This document shows, piece by piece, positions 39,676-52,662 of a DNA stretch of 64,000 nt. A program made the position numbers and the translations under genes. The DNA comes from Antedon mediterranea. Lineage: Eukaryota; Animalia; Echinodermata. The stretch covers positions 35,598,304 through 35,662,303 of the forward strand of contig NC_092671.1 in NCBI RefSeq assembly GCF_964355755.1, read 5' to 3'. The notes beneath the pieces are model-generated. The model did no database searches. It was given only the letters and a program-made list of their open reading frames with translations, and was not told where the DNA came from. Within the stretch, counting starts at the first letter, position 1; each line of letters starts with the position of its first letter.

Positions 39676-41056
39676 TAATGTGTTACCGAACACACCACCA
39701 TCCATTGCAATTGTAAATGTTTCTAATTTAGTTTACAAAATTGTAAGATTTGAATTGAATTGATGCGCGTTACCATTTGATATTCTAATTAAGATATCTT
39801 TTAAAATACTTTATATAAACATGTTCTATCGGGTTTATTTTCAATCATGGATGTACAACTTACATAATAAATAATAATTTAGATAGATTAGATAGATAAA
39901 CTAAATGAAACGAGAGTGCAATTTCAGATATTGTACTTTATTATGTATTTATATATTATAAGTCTCATTCAAATGCAATGAATTGATCCGCAACATGGTA
40001 CCCTGAGAATAAATAAAATTAAATTATACAGATCCTTACGTGTAACCATACATTTGACAAGAAAATAGTGTATTGCTCTTTATGCGTCTAAACTCGCAAG
40101 CAATTTAAGTAACGTCGTGTGTTCTATTAAAAATTTAATAGCATGCGTACGCCATAAAAATACGCAATTTAGTTGAAATAGTCCTACTTTATTTTATATG
40201 TTTTCATCGATTTGTCACTGCGATTAGCTATAATTAACAATATAAGGTCATGTTATATACCATGATAAACTACTCATTATCCTCTGCTCTCAACCTTTTT
40301 TTTACAAGGATGCAATATATAAGGAAGAAGATCATGCGCTGAAGCAGATGTAATTGGAAATATAAAGTAGGCTTTTACATATCTTAACAATCTTGTAGGA
40401 TGATTTTAATAACGTCTTCATAAATTGAAACATTTATGTTAACCTTGATACCTAGCCTATACTTATATTAAATAATTGCAGCCTTTTAAATGATTAAGGT
40501 ATGCATTACATTACGTTTTGTATGATATTATCGATATAAATGCGTTGTTATCGTAAGAAATCCTTGTTCTTTAAGTCGCGGGATAGTTCCGTTAGGCCTA
40601 TATTAGTTGTCTGATATTTTAGATTATCGCCGCCAAAAAATCGAGCAATTATCGAAATGTTGGTAAAAGAAGAATCCCTGGAAATGTTCAAAGCCTAGCA
40701 ACTAGAGCAGAAAGCATTATGTCTTTCAACACAGTACTTGGAATTTTTAACAATACCATGAAAGTCCCAGTGCTCTAATGGTTAAGACATCTGCATTTTA
40801 AGCAGTTCATATTTTTTATTTTATTGTATTTAGCTAGGCTACCCATGGTTGAGCACTTTCTCTAGTTGAGCTGGCTTTCTACTTAGTACAATATAAAGAT
40901 TCAAATAAATAATACCACGAATATTATAAGAAGTTTAATAACTTTTGATGATGAATAAGAAAGTAATAAACTGCTGATATCTGTCTTGGCTGATAGAAAA
41001 AATATATAATGTCTGTAGCTCCATGGTCTGAATTATGTGATCGTTCTTATATATAA

Positions 41057-41784
41057 AACAAGGCCATTTAGATGGCTGCAGTCGCGTGCTCATTAGTGTT
41101 TACCGACCGACCGACCAACCTACCAACTGACCGAAATTACTGAACATGTTTAAAAATGTTGAAATGTTTAAAAACATTTATATTTTTTTAATTTACACGT
41201 GCGTAGCCTGTCACTTTTGACGTGCTCATATAACGTAATTTCGAGTTGAAAAGTAAGTCAAGAAAACATAAATCGGGCAAAGAGAGTGCGCAATAACATT
41301 TAACGCGCAGTGCGCGCACAAAAATCTGCGCACTCATGGCAATTTTGTAAACGCTTAAATTGCCTGAAACGTACTCTTATTTCATCGAAAATAAATTTTG
41401 AAAATTTTAAGCGCGCGTACGCATGCGTTACATGCGCTACGCACGTAATTGTATTGCCATATGATGATTTATGCCCTGAAATTTATGAGTACCAAATTTT
41501 ATTTAATTGTGATTCATGGTTGTGAAGATATGATTACAAACGTGATTTCGTTAAATCGTGCGTAGACCGCATAATTTGTTATTGCGCACCGTGAAAACAT
41601 AACCACATCGATTCCTGGCCATAAGGAATATACTGTGAAAAATAGACTTAGCTAGATTAAACTTATATCAAGATAAGGTCAGAAAGCGATAAACGCATAG
41701 TGATACCGGACCGACAGACAGACCGACAGACCGACAGACCGACCGACATAGTGAACTATAGAGTCGCGTCCACGCGACTAAAAA
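41057..41784 (-). mobile_element. Full-length Helentron/DINE-1-like element, family C
   Basis: Reverse complement of 28036-28754 with scattered substitutions. Confidence 0.85.
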
Positions 41785-42629
41785 TACAAGTGTTTATTGT
41801 CATCACTTTCGTGATATTTTTATAAACAGCTGATGACATAAACATCATTCATCAAATGAAATGTAAATTGTCGTGCTCATATAGTTTAATCGATATATTT
41901 TGATTATCAAAGTCATAAAACAGTATAATTCCAAAGCTGATAGATATCAAGATTGTGCAACACAGATTTGCATACTACTGCAGTTGTTGCTCTTTCTCGG
42001 AACGAAAGATACCGATCGACAAAGGAGAACTAATAACTGTACGCATCATCATATACTGACTGCAGCTGTTAATAATGATAACGTACTGGATGAACTTTTT
42101 GACACATCCACGAACTCAAAATACCAATCTTAGGCCTAAAAAAAAATATATTATATAGACTGTAAAAATGTTGCATTTAAAATGATAATTCTCAATATGA
42201 ATGTGGCGAGGGCTAAATTCCAAGTTCAACAACGGTTTTTCGATAAGTTGTTATCTTATCATGTGCCATTGTGGAAACGTTGAAATCTGATTTTTCTAAA
42301 GAGAATAAATGGCGTTATTAGCAAAAAAGTAAATTTTTATTTTTTCTTTAGGAACATGTGGCCAAGGATCACCAATGGTAAATTAATCACTATCTTATCA
42401 GATAGTGGTATCAATCATCAAATTATACACCCACATAAAGCACCAATATGTATAATTAAAATAAATGAATCTACTGGTACTTACGGTACTTATTTCTATA
42501 ACCAACTCGTCTTGGTGACGATTTCAAGTCTAGTGTACTTTCTATGTAAAATGAATATTAATTGTATGTTATTAATCGTTATATCACAGTGCACACACTG
42601 TTCATTATGGTAGTGATGCATATGATGTA

Positions 42630-43326
42630 CACTGTAAAAATAATGTTTAGATCTAAAACATCTATTTTGTGCACACTTTTTCCACAAATTTAGCTTTTAA
42701 ACACGTACTTACATGTTTAGTCTGTTTAAAACCTAAACGTGTTTATAGCTATATGTTGTTTTCCTCCACTCGTTTAGCAGCATGGCACTATTATGTCCAG
42801 TCAACATGTTTAGGTACGTGTTTAGCGTTGCGTGCACATGGCTTTACTGTGGCGGAAAAAAGCTCCACACATGAGCTTCACACATGACAAATTAAACACG
42901 TTTAAAAGCTAACCGTGTATTTATATTGATCCACATGTTAAACAATCAAAACATTTGTTTAGCTTGTTGAACCTGATGTGTTGATTGCTAAACATGTGGA
43001 GCAATATAAAGACACGTTTAGGTTTTAAACGTGTTTAATTTGCCATGTGTGGAGCTCATATGTGGATCTTTTTTTCGCCACAGTAAAAACGTATGCACAC
43101 AACGCTAAACACGTACCTAAACATGTTGACTGCTAAACATGTAGAATTGAACATAATAGTGACACGTTGACTGCTAAACCACTGGAGGAAAGTAACGCGA
43201 TAGCTATAAACACGTTTAGGTTTTAAACACGCTAAACATGTAACTACGTATTTAAAAGCTAAATTTGTGGAAAAAGTGGGCACAAAATATTTGAGATATT
43301 TAAAAGCTCCACACTGTTTTACAGTG
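42630..43326. mobile_element. CACTG-ended family D, complete foldback copy
   Basis: CACTGTAAAAA ... TTTTTACAGTG; arms at about 42665-42945 and 42985-43290 are reverse complements. Confidence 0.85.
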
Positions 43327-45037
43327 AAGTTTACCTTGTTGAAGCGGGAAACGAAGAATTGCCAGTTGTTGACGATTACCTACACGACTCAACATAACAA
43401 CAGCTTTTATTTGATATATGATATCTTAATTCCAATTTTTAAAACCGATTTGACGGCATCGAACAATTTGTGAATACTTTCAAACGGACAATAGACAATT
43501 TGACGTATTAAAGTAAGCGGATATTGTAACAAAAACACTTGGGTTGTTTTGTTGTTGCCTAGAAATATAATAGCGTAGCTTAAGATAATGCTTTCATGGG
43601 CTAGGTATAATATAATCTCACATTATTACTTTAAACAATTAAATTATACTAAAAGCAAGTCATCTGATATTTTCATTAATTCACACAAAGGCAACGAAAA
43701 CGATTTTTTTAACGTCATTTGTCTTCCTTAATGAATAACAAAATCATGAAATGACGACACAATCATTTTGGCCAGTTTCATAGGAAAATTCGGTAATACA
43801 ACTTCTCCTGTGTATTTCACTGATTGGGTTCCAGACGGAGTTTTTGCTTAATATTAGTTAAAAGAGAAATATTTTGGCACATATGGCGTTGCATAGGTGA
43901 GCAAGTCTATGATAAATGCTACCAAATTGTCCTATGATAATTGAGAAATCTAGTTACAGTACCAAACGGGAGAACTAGTGGTAACATATTACTATAGTCA
44001 GATCATGCTGATCAAAATGACCTAATGCTCATGCTCAGGTTTCCGAGGCCTAACTGAATAAGGAGGTATACAATAATCGCCTCCAAACTCTCTTGTAACG
44101 CTCTGCGCCAACACGGTAGTACCATGGGCTCATAAAGGGTCCATGGTACAGTAGTACCTAGTCTTGGTTCAGATTTTATTAATAATAAATATTTTTTTTT
44201 CATATGTATACTAAAAAACTTCGACTCAGGTGGACTAACATAAAAAAGACAATAAATACAGACTTGGGGCAAGTCTAAGTAGTACCAAGACTATAATGAT
44301 AGCACTGGTAGTAGTACTATTAAATGTTTTGAATCAATCAATGCTTACAAATAACTATTTAAATTAGTATTATAACACGGATGCTGTTGTGTATCGGGAT
44401 GAATTGCACCGGTCTTAAAAAACTGAAATATTTATAAACAATTGCCGCATTGATATGTGATACGACATTAATGACGTCATGATAGGTTATTGTTTATCAA
44501 AAATGTTTATTATTTCAATCCTATTGACATTTGATAATACTTGCTTCTATAATATCAATTAGGACGGTGTACGATGATGTCATACCCTGCACTGATTACA
44601 TTTATAATTATATTTTAAGTGGAAAGGGCAATGATCATAAGAAAATAAACAATTTCAATTCAACATCATTTGCAGGGAAAACATTTCTTCATAAATCAAC
44701 AAATATTATGTAAACCATAAGAAAATGTTCTTTTTAACTTCGGATATTTTCAAATTTCTGTTCTCGGAAAACAAAATGTCCAAATGTTTCAAATATAAGT
44801 AAGAATCTGTTTAGAGAAAGAAAAACGTATGTGACCTTCAAAACTGAGTGTTGCCTTAAAGATTACGTTTATTTAAAAGAAATCAGCAAATAGGATGATT
44901 GATTATGGCAATTCGGATAACTATTTCAATAATAATTCCTTATGTTTTGTAATTTTGTTTGTAATATTCTTCAATATTAGGCCTACTTGTACTTCTTCTT
45001 GAAACTAGTGAGGAAAAGTATTGAGTATTGAGTACAA

Positions 45038-45157
45038 AGCCCTGTCTGCACTATCAAAAAGTGTGATGTGCACAAATATGATAGTTATGCGACATCATCA
45101 TGTCCATATATGGGCACATATTTTTGTCACATAATTTTTGATAGTGTAGACAGAGCT
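45038..45157. mobile_element. MITE family A, about 200 bp upstream of the GPCR splice acceptor
   Basis: AGCCCTGTCTGCACTATCAA...TTGATAGTGTAGACAGAGCT|TTA. Confidence 0.85.
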
Positions 45158-45332
45158 TTAAATGTGTTTATTATGAAAGGATCTTAATTAATAGACACAG
45201 TTTGCTTTAAAAAAAAAACTGTTTCACTATTTTAATCTCTTCTAAATTTGTCTTACGGATGATATTTTGAAAACAATTTTCCGATAAGTGAGTTATAAAA
45301 CAGAAACAATGGACTACCTTAAATTCATTATA

Positions 45333-45352
45333 TTGTTCTCTTATTTTTTCAG
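45333..45352 (+). other. 3' splice acceptor of the GPCR coding exon (5' UTR intron)
   Basis: Pyrimidine tract TTGTTCTCTTATTTTTTCAG. An in-frame TGA at 45355 shows that the ATG at 45415 is the start. Confidence 0.7.
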
Positions 45353-45414
45353 GATGATAAGGGTTTTGGAGCAGAACTAATTTTTCTTCGGAAACAGAAC
45401 GAAAATTTACGAAG

Positions 45415-46545
45415 ATGGGTACAGATCAAGAAATCAAAGAAGGAGGCGTACCCTTCTACGTCTACGGTACGACTGACACGGTTATCATCACAGTGTTTAT
45501 GCCGCTGGTTTTTGCAATCGGTGTTGTCGGTAATTTTGCTGTCTGCACCGTTTTCATCCGTATAAAGAGCATGCGCACTGTCACCAATCACTACCTTGTA
45601 AATCTGGCTCTTGCTGATCTATTTTTCCTTCTGTTTGCTGCTCCCCAAATATGGGTTTCATATGCTTCAGGCATAATACGTCATGATTTCTCAAACGTAG
45701 GGGAGTCGTTTTGTAAGGTTTCGATATTTTTTTCCGATGCAAGTATTTTAGTATCGGCGTGTACAATTGTCCTCGTCACGATTGAGAGATACTTTGCTAT
45801 CTGCATGCCACATAGGTTCAAGACGATCAGCACGCGGCCACGTGCCGTCGCTACATGTATCTGTATCTGGATCATTGTTGGAATTTACAAAACGCCGGCG
45901 CTTTACTTTTCAACGCTTATTCACCAAGATTTGATATGGCCTAATAATACACAATATACAGAATATCCAAAACAACGGGAAACGTGTTCTTATTGCCATT
46001 CTAATAAGCCCAATTCCACTACGTGTGAACGATACTTTAAATCTCTCGCAGTAGACAATTTATTGGTGCTTTCTGTTATACCAATTATAAGTGTCCTTTA
46101 CATTTTAATAAATGTTCAGTTACACAAGTTAGCCAATACCAAAATGGGATCGTCATCCCACCGAATGAAGACACAGGTTGTGCGGATGCTTATTGTTACT
46201 ATCTCCGTATTTTTCATCTGCATTTCTCCATTTCGAATCATGAATCTGTTTGAAACGTTCAACCAGGATCTCATTTACAATAAGTTAGAAGTGGCCTCTT
46301 TCATGCTTTGGGCCAACATTGGAAGAGTTCTTCAATATTTAAACTCTGCCATTAATCCTGTTATATACAATTTAATGTCGGCTCGTTACCGTCAAGCTTT
46401 TAAGGACTGTTTTTTATGTCGAGTTAATGGGCAAGGCATGCTATCGGAAGTCTCCGGTAGAAACAGAAATAAATACAAAGTGGTCAATACAAACGCAAGC
46501 ATTTTGACGAAAAATGAGAACGGAGCCAGCACTATCGGAGAATAA
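45415..46545 (+). CDS. Class A (rhodopsin-like) peptide GPCR, TRH-receptor/ETH-receptor/GHSR-like, 376 aa, single coding exon
   Basis: Seven hydrophobic helices; GN in TM1, MRTVTNHYLVNLALADL, TM3 Cys and ERY, KTQVVRML, PFR, and YLNSAINPVIYNLMS, which closely resembles TRHR TM7. Confidence 0.96.
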   Translation: MGTDQEIKEGGVPFYVYGTTDTVIITVFMPLVFAIGVVGNFAVCTVFIRIKSMRTVTNHYLVNLALADLFFLLFAAPQIWVSYASGIIRHDFSNVGESFCKVSIFFSDASILVSACTIVLVTIERYFAICMPHRFKTISTRPRAVATCICIWIIVGIYKTPALYFSTLIHQDLIWPNNTQYTEYPKQRETCSYCHSNKPNSTTCERYFKSLAVDNLLVLSVIPIISVLYILINVQLHKLANTKMGSSSHRMKTQVVRMLIVTISVFFICISPFRIMNLFETFNQDLIYNKLEVASFMLWANIGRVLQYLNSAINPVIYNLMSARYRQAFKDCFLCRVNGQGMLSEVSGRNRNKYKVVNTNASILTKNENGASTIGE

Positions 46546-48137
46546 AGATTGACCTGCAAAAAAGGCCTATTACCACCACTTATCGAGTCATTGTTGATAT
46601 CATAAAGAACGTGGAGTAAGTACGCTTCCGCATCAATTTCACGATATAGACATGAAAATACTGTATATCATCTTGTCGTCGAGTGAAAATGCTTAAAAGC
46701 CATGTAAACGATTATACTTTATTTACAGGCAACTTAATCATATCAACAATTCGCCGACAACAAATGATCGTATCTTCCGTTTATTGTCATACAATGTTTG
46801 AAACTGTTTAATTGTCGGATTAAGTGGTAACCTCATTCACCTACTTTCTATGAAACAAACACCAATTATGTCATACAGACACGTGATCTATGTGAAACAA
46901 CCGATATTATTTAAACATTGAACTTTACATCTACGTTTCCTTGAACATATTACGAGACATTAACTAAAGCAAACAAAATCTATTCAGCAAGAAGCGATGT
47001 AATATTATAGAGGGCGGTATTTAAATGATTAACATCAGCATGTTTTAGTGTATATCTCGAGCGTAATTGTACACTCGTCAGATTTGCAATTAGAATAACA
47101 TTCTCGTAAACAAAATGTATGACTGCAACTGTCGTAGCAACATAATTAAAGAGGAATCCTACTAATTTACAGATATGCTTTACACGGTATAGTTTTAGTG
47201 ATCTGTGGTCTATTGGGCCAAACTTCAAGGTAAACACGGTTTCTTTTAAAGAAGACTTCGAATAAAATGTACATATGTTTAATTTAAATGATTAAAACAG
47301 ATGTTAGTAACATTGCTTCTTCTACCCTGAAGAATATAAATGTAATAACTAAAATTTCACACGTCAACTACTAGGAGGATTCGCATTCACGTGGGAATAA
47401 CCACCTATATGTAAATTACCAAGACCTTGGAATAACGGCTAAGTCGGTAAAATGCCGCGAAACCGATCCAGGTTTGTACAAATTGTAAATGGTGTACAAA
47501 TTCTGTCAATTAAAGCTTTTAGGCCTATTATTAGTTTAGCTTCTTACATGTATTGCATTAATCGTCTGTTTGTTGACGCGCGCGTGCTGCGTCAAAATCA
47601 CATTTTTCATATCATGGAAATAAAGGCCAGTAGCATAATAAATTAGAAAATGTTTCACGTCGTTGAGAGGTAGATGTTTTTTTAAATGGCTATTGATGGA
47701 TATTAGTAAAGATAACAAAGATTTACAAACATGGAGTCTATTGTAAATCATCTAATTATTATCGACTGTCTAAATTTGATACATTGGCGTTTACTGTATA
47801 GGCATATGGATTAATAATAATGTTATTAACGAAAAATATCAGATAAATAATTCAACCATACCATTTTCCACCTGATCTTAATCATAATACGTTTACCTGG
47901 TATCAGTATCACCCGGCCGACATTCCACTTGGAATTCAACCTCACTCATACAAAAAGGATTATCTTAGTGTTAATTTTAATTATAATTTAATAATTAGTA
48001 CCATTAATCATCGTCATTATTACTAGTTGTTCTTCTAAATACTAATATTAGCAATTAAGATATTGATATAAAAATCCATTACAATAACATCAATATAATG
48101 CTTCCCATGACCACGTCGTCACTATTATAAAGTGATG

Positions 48138-48196
48138 ACCATCATCATCATCATCATCATTATCATCATCATCATCATCATTATCAACATCATCAT
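48138..48196. repeat. (ATC)n microsatellite
   Basis: Triplet run. Confidence 0.9.
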
Positions 48197-48794
48197 TTAA
48201 TAGACAGTTCTTCAAACAATATTTTACCACAAACAACATCATCGTCATCATAAGGTTTATCGCAAATAGCGTGCGCGACGCATGGTGGGAAGGATTTGGG
48301 AGCAAACGTCACGACGCGTAGGCCTACGTACAAACAACAAATCATGTACGTACACGTTGTGACGTTTGCTCCCAAACCCTTCCCATCATGCATTGTAAAA
48401 AACCATCACTATCAATCAAAAAGTATCACTAAATAATTACCATCCCACATTAAAATCAATAACCAACTTATCAACATTAGTATTCACATAAAATCATCAC
48501 ACAGTTGGGTAAATATCCTAATCACACTCTGCATATAGACAGTATTCAGTCTTCGTCATTATTAACCTAATCACTCAATTTACCAATAACCATTCATCAT
48601 ACAAATATCAATAATAGCAACATTACCTCAGATTAACATCACCAATCGATGCAATATTAATTAAATATAGCATTCATAATTAACATTCAATATTAATATT
48701 CACTCGCATGATCAGTATCATCATCATTATTAGCTCTTTATCAACAATAGTAATTTCACTTACAATAATAATTTAACATAAAACAATCACAATC

Positions 48795-49010
48795 TTCAAT
48801 ATCATCATCATCATCACCATCAGCAACATCATCATCATCATCATCATCATAATCATCATCATTATCGTCATTATCATCCTTATCATCCTCAGAATCATCA
48901 TTATCATCATCATCTTCAGAATCATCATTATAGTCATTATCGTCATTATCATTATCATCATTATCGTCATTATCGTCATTATCATCCTTATCATCCTCAT
49001 CATCATCATT

Positions 49011-49048
<38 letters not shown>

Positions 49049-50125
49049 CAGCATCACCATTATCATCATCATCGTTATCGTAATCATCATCATCATCATC
49101 ATCATCATTATCGTCATTATCATCATCATTGTGATCATAATTATTATCATCATCATTGATATAAACCATCAGCAATCAATAAAAGCAGTTTTTTAATGTT
49201 TACAATTTAATGATAATAATATTCACCACCATGAACAGTTTAACGTCGTTATAATCATCATCATCTTCATCATAATCATCATCATCATCATCAATAAGAG
49301 AAACTTATCATTATCATTGTCGTCACTATCATCATTAATCACAATGGTAACAATATCCACCCTCATCATATCGTCATCTAAAACCAACCTTATCAATTAC
49401 AACCACATAGCCATGGCCATTATTACAATAATCACAATCTGCATAATTAGTTTTCACCAGTACTACATACATAATCATTGTAAAGAACTTATACCAATGG
49501 TACTAATACAGGATTAACATCATCAAAACTATCATTAATACAAAGTCATTAATGATCGATCATAATTTGTATTTTCATCATCATTTTCATAACTATTTAC
49601 AGTCGTTATAGTAATATTACTATCATAATCACCATAATCGTCAAAATCATAAATATTTATCGTTATAACTATTGCCAATAACCATATCATCATAATTATG
49701 ATAACAATAAATAAACAATGCATAATTATCATCATTACCATTATCATCACAAAATGAAATTATACAAAAAATATTCTTATTTTAAAAGCGATTTATCAAC
49801 ATACACCATTAGGATCTATTCATCGTGACGTAATCATATCCACCATCATTATGTAATTACAATAATTATAATCAAATGCTTATTCAATAATAATCATAAT
49901 AATATTCATCATTATCTTGCCAATAACTATTACAATATCAAAAATACCAATATTAAATTATCATCATTATTGCCGAAGTAATCGGCGTCATCACAACCAT
50001 TATCATCTTCGTCATCATCATCACCATCCTCATAACCGTCATCATCATTATTATCATCATCATCATCATCATTACCGATGCCATTGTCTTCATCTTGTAA
50101 CATCATTTTCGTCATCATTAGCAGC
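48795..50125. repeat. Large (ATC/ATT)n microsatellite and decayed low-complexity domain (core 48795-49157)
   Basis: TCA/TTA triplets, the source of the poly-D, poly-M and poly-H ORFs. Confidence 0.9.
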
Positions 50126-50630
50126 CAATATCTTTCTTTTATTTCGGTAAAGTTTACACAAAGACAACAAAGAAGAAGTATATGCCAACTGCTTCCATCG
50201 AGATCAAATAGATATCTGGCAGACACAAATTAACAATTTTTTTAGGATGTTCAATTCAATTCAATTCAATAAACTTTATTGTCAAACTCATGAATGGCTT
50301 GAAACTTTGGCTGAAAGTACACACATTAAAATTGTTGAGAACAGATAGCCACATTAAATGATTAAATATTAATTCGCAATTACAAATACTATCAATGTCA
50401 TAATCATAACAAATATTATTGTCGTTATCATTATAGCCAATATCAATTTCAAAACCAACATCATTTTAGCTAATGTCATTGTTGTAATCATCTTATAGCC
50501 AGCAATGTCATCACCACCATCAGCATCATCAAAAATTTATTTTCATCACCAATATCGACATCGTCACAATCATAATCAATATTATTTTATTCGTCATTAA
50601 TATCATAATCATCATTTTCAAACACCATTC

Positions 50631-50680
50631 GTCACTCTGAAGTAAGTGCTCGTGAAATGAGAACTGAAACAGTCAGTAAC
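50631..50680 (+). ncRNA. Degenerate minimal hammerhead ribozyme motif
   Basis: GTCACT-CTGAAGT-A-AGTGCTCGT(gaa)ATGAGAACT-GAAA-CA-GTC-AGTAAC; one core position deviates from CUGANGA. Confidence 0.5.
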
Positions 50681-51307
50681 TAATTTTGGTTTGTCAAAAT
50701 AGAATTTTAAAATAATAAAACGACATTGTATATCATTTAATTATACCAGGGAAGAGTGACATTACATTGATTACACTAACAACAACAATGGGTCACAAAT
50801 AGATCTTCTAACATCAATATAATCAATCATTGATAATGCCAATGTCATACCCATCACATTCCTCATTGATCAACGCCATTGTAATTATCAGTATTTCTTG
50901 TACATGTTATTGTAGTATTAAAAATCATCATTATTATAATCTTATTATCATCAATCATAATATTTAAGGAGAAATAAACAATATCAGAAGCGACATTATA
51001 TTGAGTTATTGCTTTTAGGAATCGTTTAAACTCGCAGTCGTATCATCAAAGCTTTCTGTTGTTTTTGTCGATTCTGTTTAAATAGTTCATATATGAAAAT
51101 GAACTTGTTTAATCTTCTCTTGCGTGTCGTGTCGCGATATCATTCAGTGGTCAGTCAACCGAGGGATTACTATTTAATACTGTAACGATTATGATTGTTT
51201 TTATGTTTCAGTGCTCGGTTGATTTTAGCGTACTCTAGAGTGAACGTCACACGCCTAAAGTATGCTAAATCCAGAGAAGTTCACTCTTCCCTGGCTAAAC
51301 CCACGCT

Positions 51308-51491
51308 TAAAGACGACGCAACGTAACGCAACGCTACGACGTATTGACGCAAAGTGGAACCAATAAGGCAACAGTGCTGCAAACATCGCACGTTTGATAT
51401 CACGCAGGCGGGAGCAAACACACTTATTGGAAGGGTATTTTCTTACGTTGCGTAAGTTGCGTTACGTTGCGTCGCTAGTGGGGACAAAGCT
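51308..51491. mobile_element. Family B-related MITE, left TIR damaged
   Basis: GACGCAACGTAACGCAAC...GTTGCGTTACGTTGCGTCGCTAGTGGGGACAAAGCT|TAA. Confidence 0.7.
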
Positions 51492-52458
51492 TAACACAAA
51501 ATAGTATACACTCAGTGATACCAGGGAAGAATGTAATTTCTCTTCCTTAGTAAAACTATATCAAACAAAAACAAATCTTAATACAATTGTATAGCTTATA
51601 CTATATTATGTGTTTAACATTTTAGTCTGTACATATAAGCCACTATTGATTAAGCATATAGAAATATTAATATAGGCCTACTTTAATTCAATCTAATGCT
51701 GATTAAATGTAATCTATGAAGGACAGTTCGAAAGGTTAATTATTCGGTATAGATTGACATTTTAGTTTTCAATTACAGATAATAGCTTAAGTATTATAGT
51801 TAAGATATATTTTGCATACCAAAATTGTAATATAATATAATATCGATATGTAAATATTATTTAAAAAACAGACTTTTAGCAAGGCATTCATGTTCATACT
51901 AATATGATACTTTTGTTGACAATAGTTGATTGATGTTTTGTAATTTATTGTACATAAAGTATTACCAACATTTAAACATCCAATGCTTTAATGTATTAAA
52001 TATGTTAGAGATATTATTAGACGAAACTGTTTATTTTTTATCTTGAATATTGTTTATTGGCGAAATGAGTATAAACCGTGAAAAACGGCTGGCATGGTTA
52101 GATTATTCTTATATACATAATCATATGTGACAGAGCCTGGTATTATTATTATCTAGGCCTACTCTCGGAGACATCGATACACCATCCCCATAACGGTTAG
52201 ACTTGCTCCAAGTCTAGGCCCCATAGTTAGATTATTATTGTCTTTTTTATGATAGTTGACGGGAAGAGTAAAGGTCCACCATTCGGCCTTTTGATTTTTG
52301 TCTCGAACCCAAAATATTATCCGTATGAAACGCCATATGTGCCAAAATATTTATCTTTTTACCATTGAATTAAGTCGAAATGCAGACTGGAACCTAGGCT
52401 ACCTGAAGGTATACGTCTTGCTCAATATTGTTCGCTCATTGGTTTGTTTATCCGTTTA

Positions 52459-52662
52459 AGTCTGATTTCCTGTCGACGTTATTTGACGCTATCGTCGTTG
52501 ATCGTTAAAAGTTCAACGACGATCGTTTGAAAACGATCAAGTTGAAATGATAACGATAGCGAGTACCTTTTCCTGTAAATCGTTATCATTTCAATGTTTA
52601 CGTAGAAGATCGCCGATTATTGTTAACGATAGCGTCGACTAACGTCGACAGGAAAACAGGCT
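52459..52662. mobile_element. Palindromic PIF/Harbinger-type MITE
   Basis: TTA|AGTCTGATTTCCTGTCGACGTTA ... TAACGTCGACAGGAAAACAGGCT|TTA. Confidence 0.85.

Noticed and set aside
45349-45875. Antisense ORFs overlapping the GPCR
   Set aside because: Short shadow ORFs of the real coding strand.
48756-49175. Poly-Asp ORFs (also 11409-11696 and 12040-12240) resembling acidic biomineralisation proteins
   Set aside because: They are (ATC)n microsatellites with no signal peptide, and they grade into degenerate triplet sequence containing stops.
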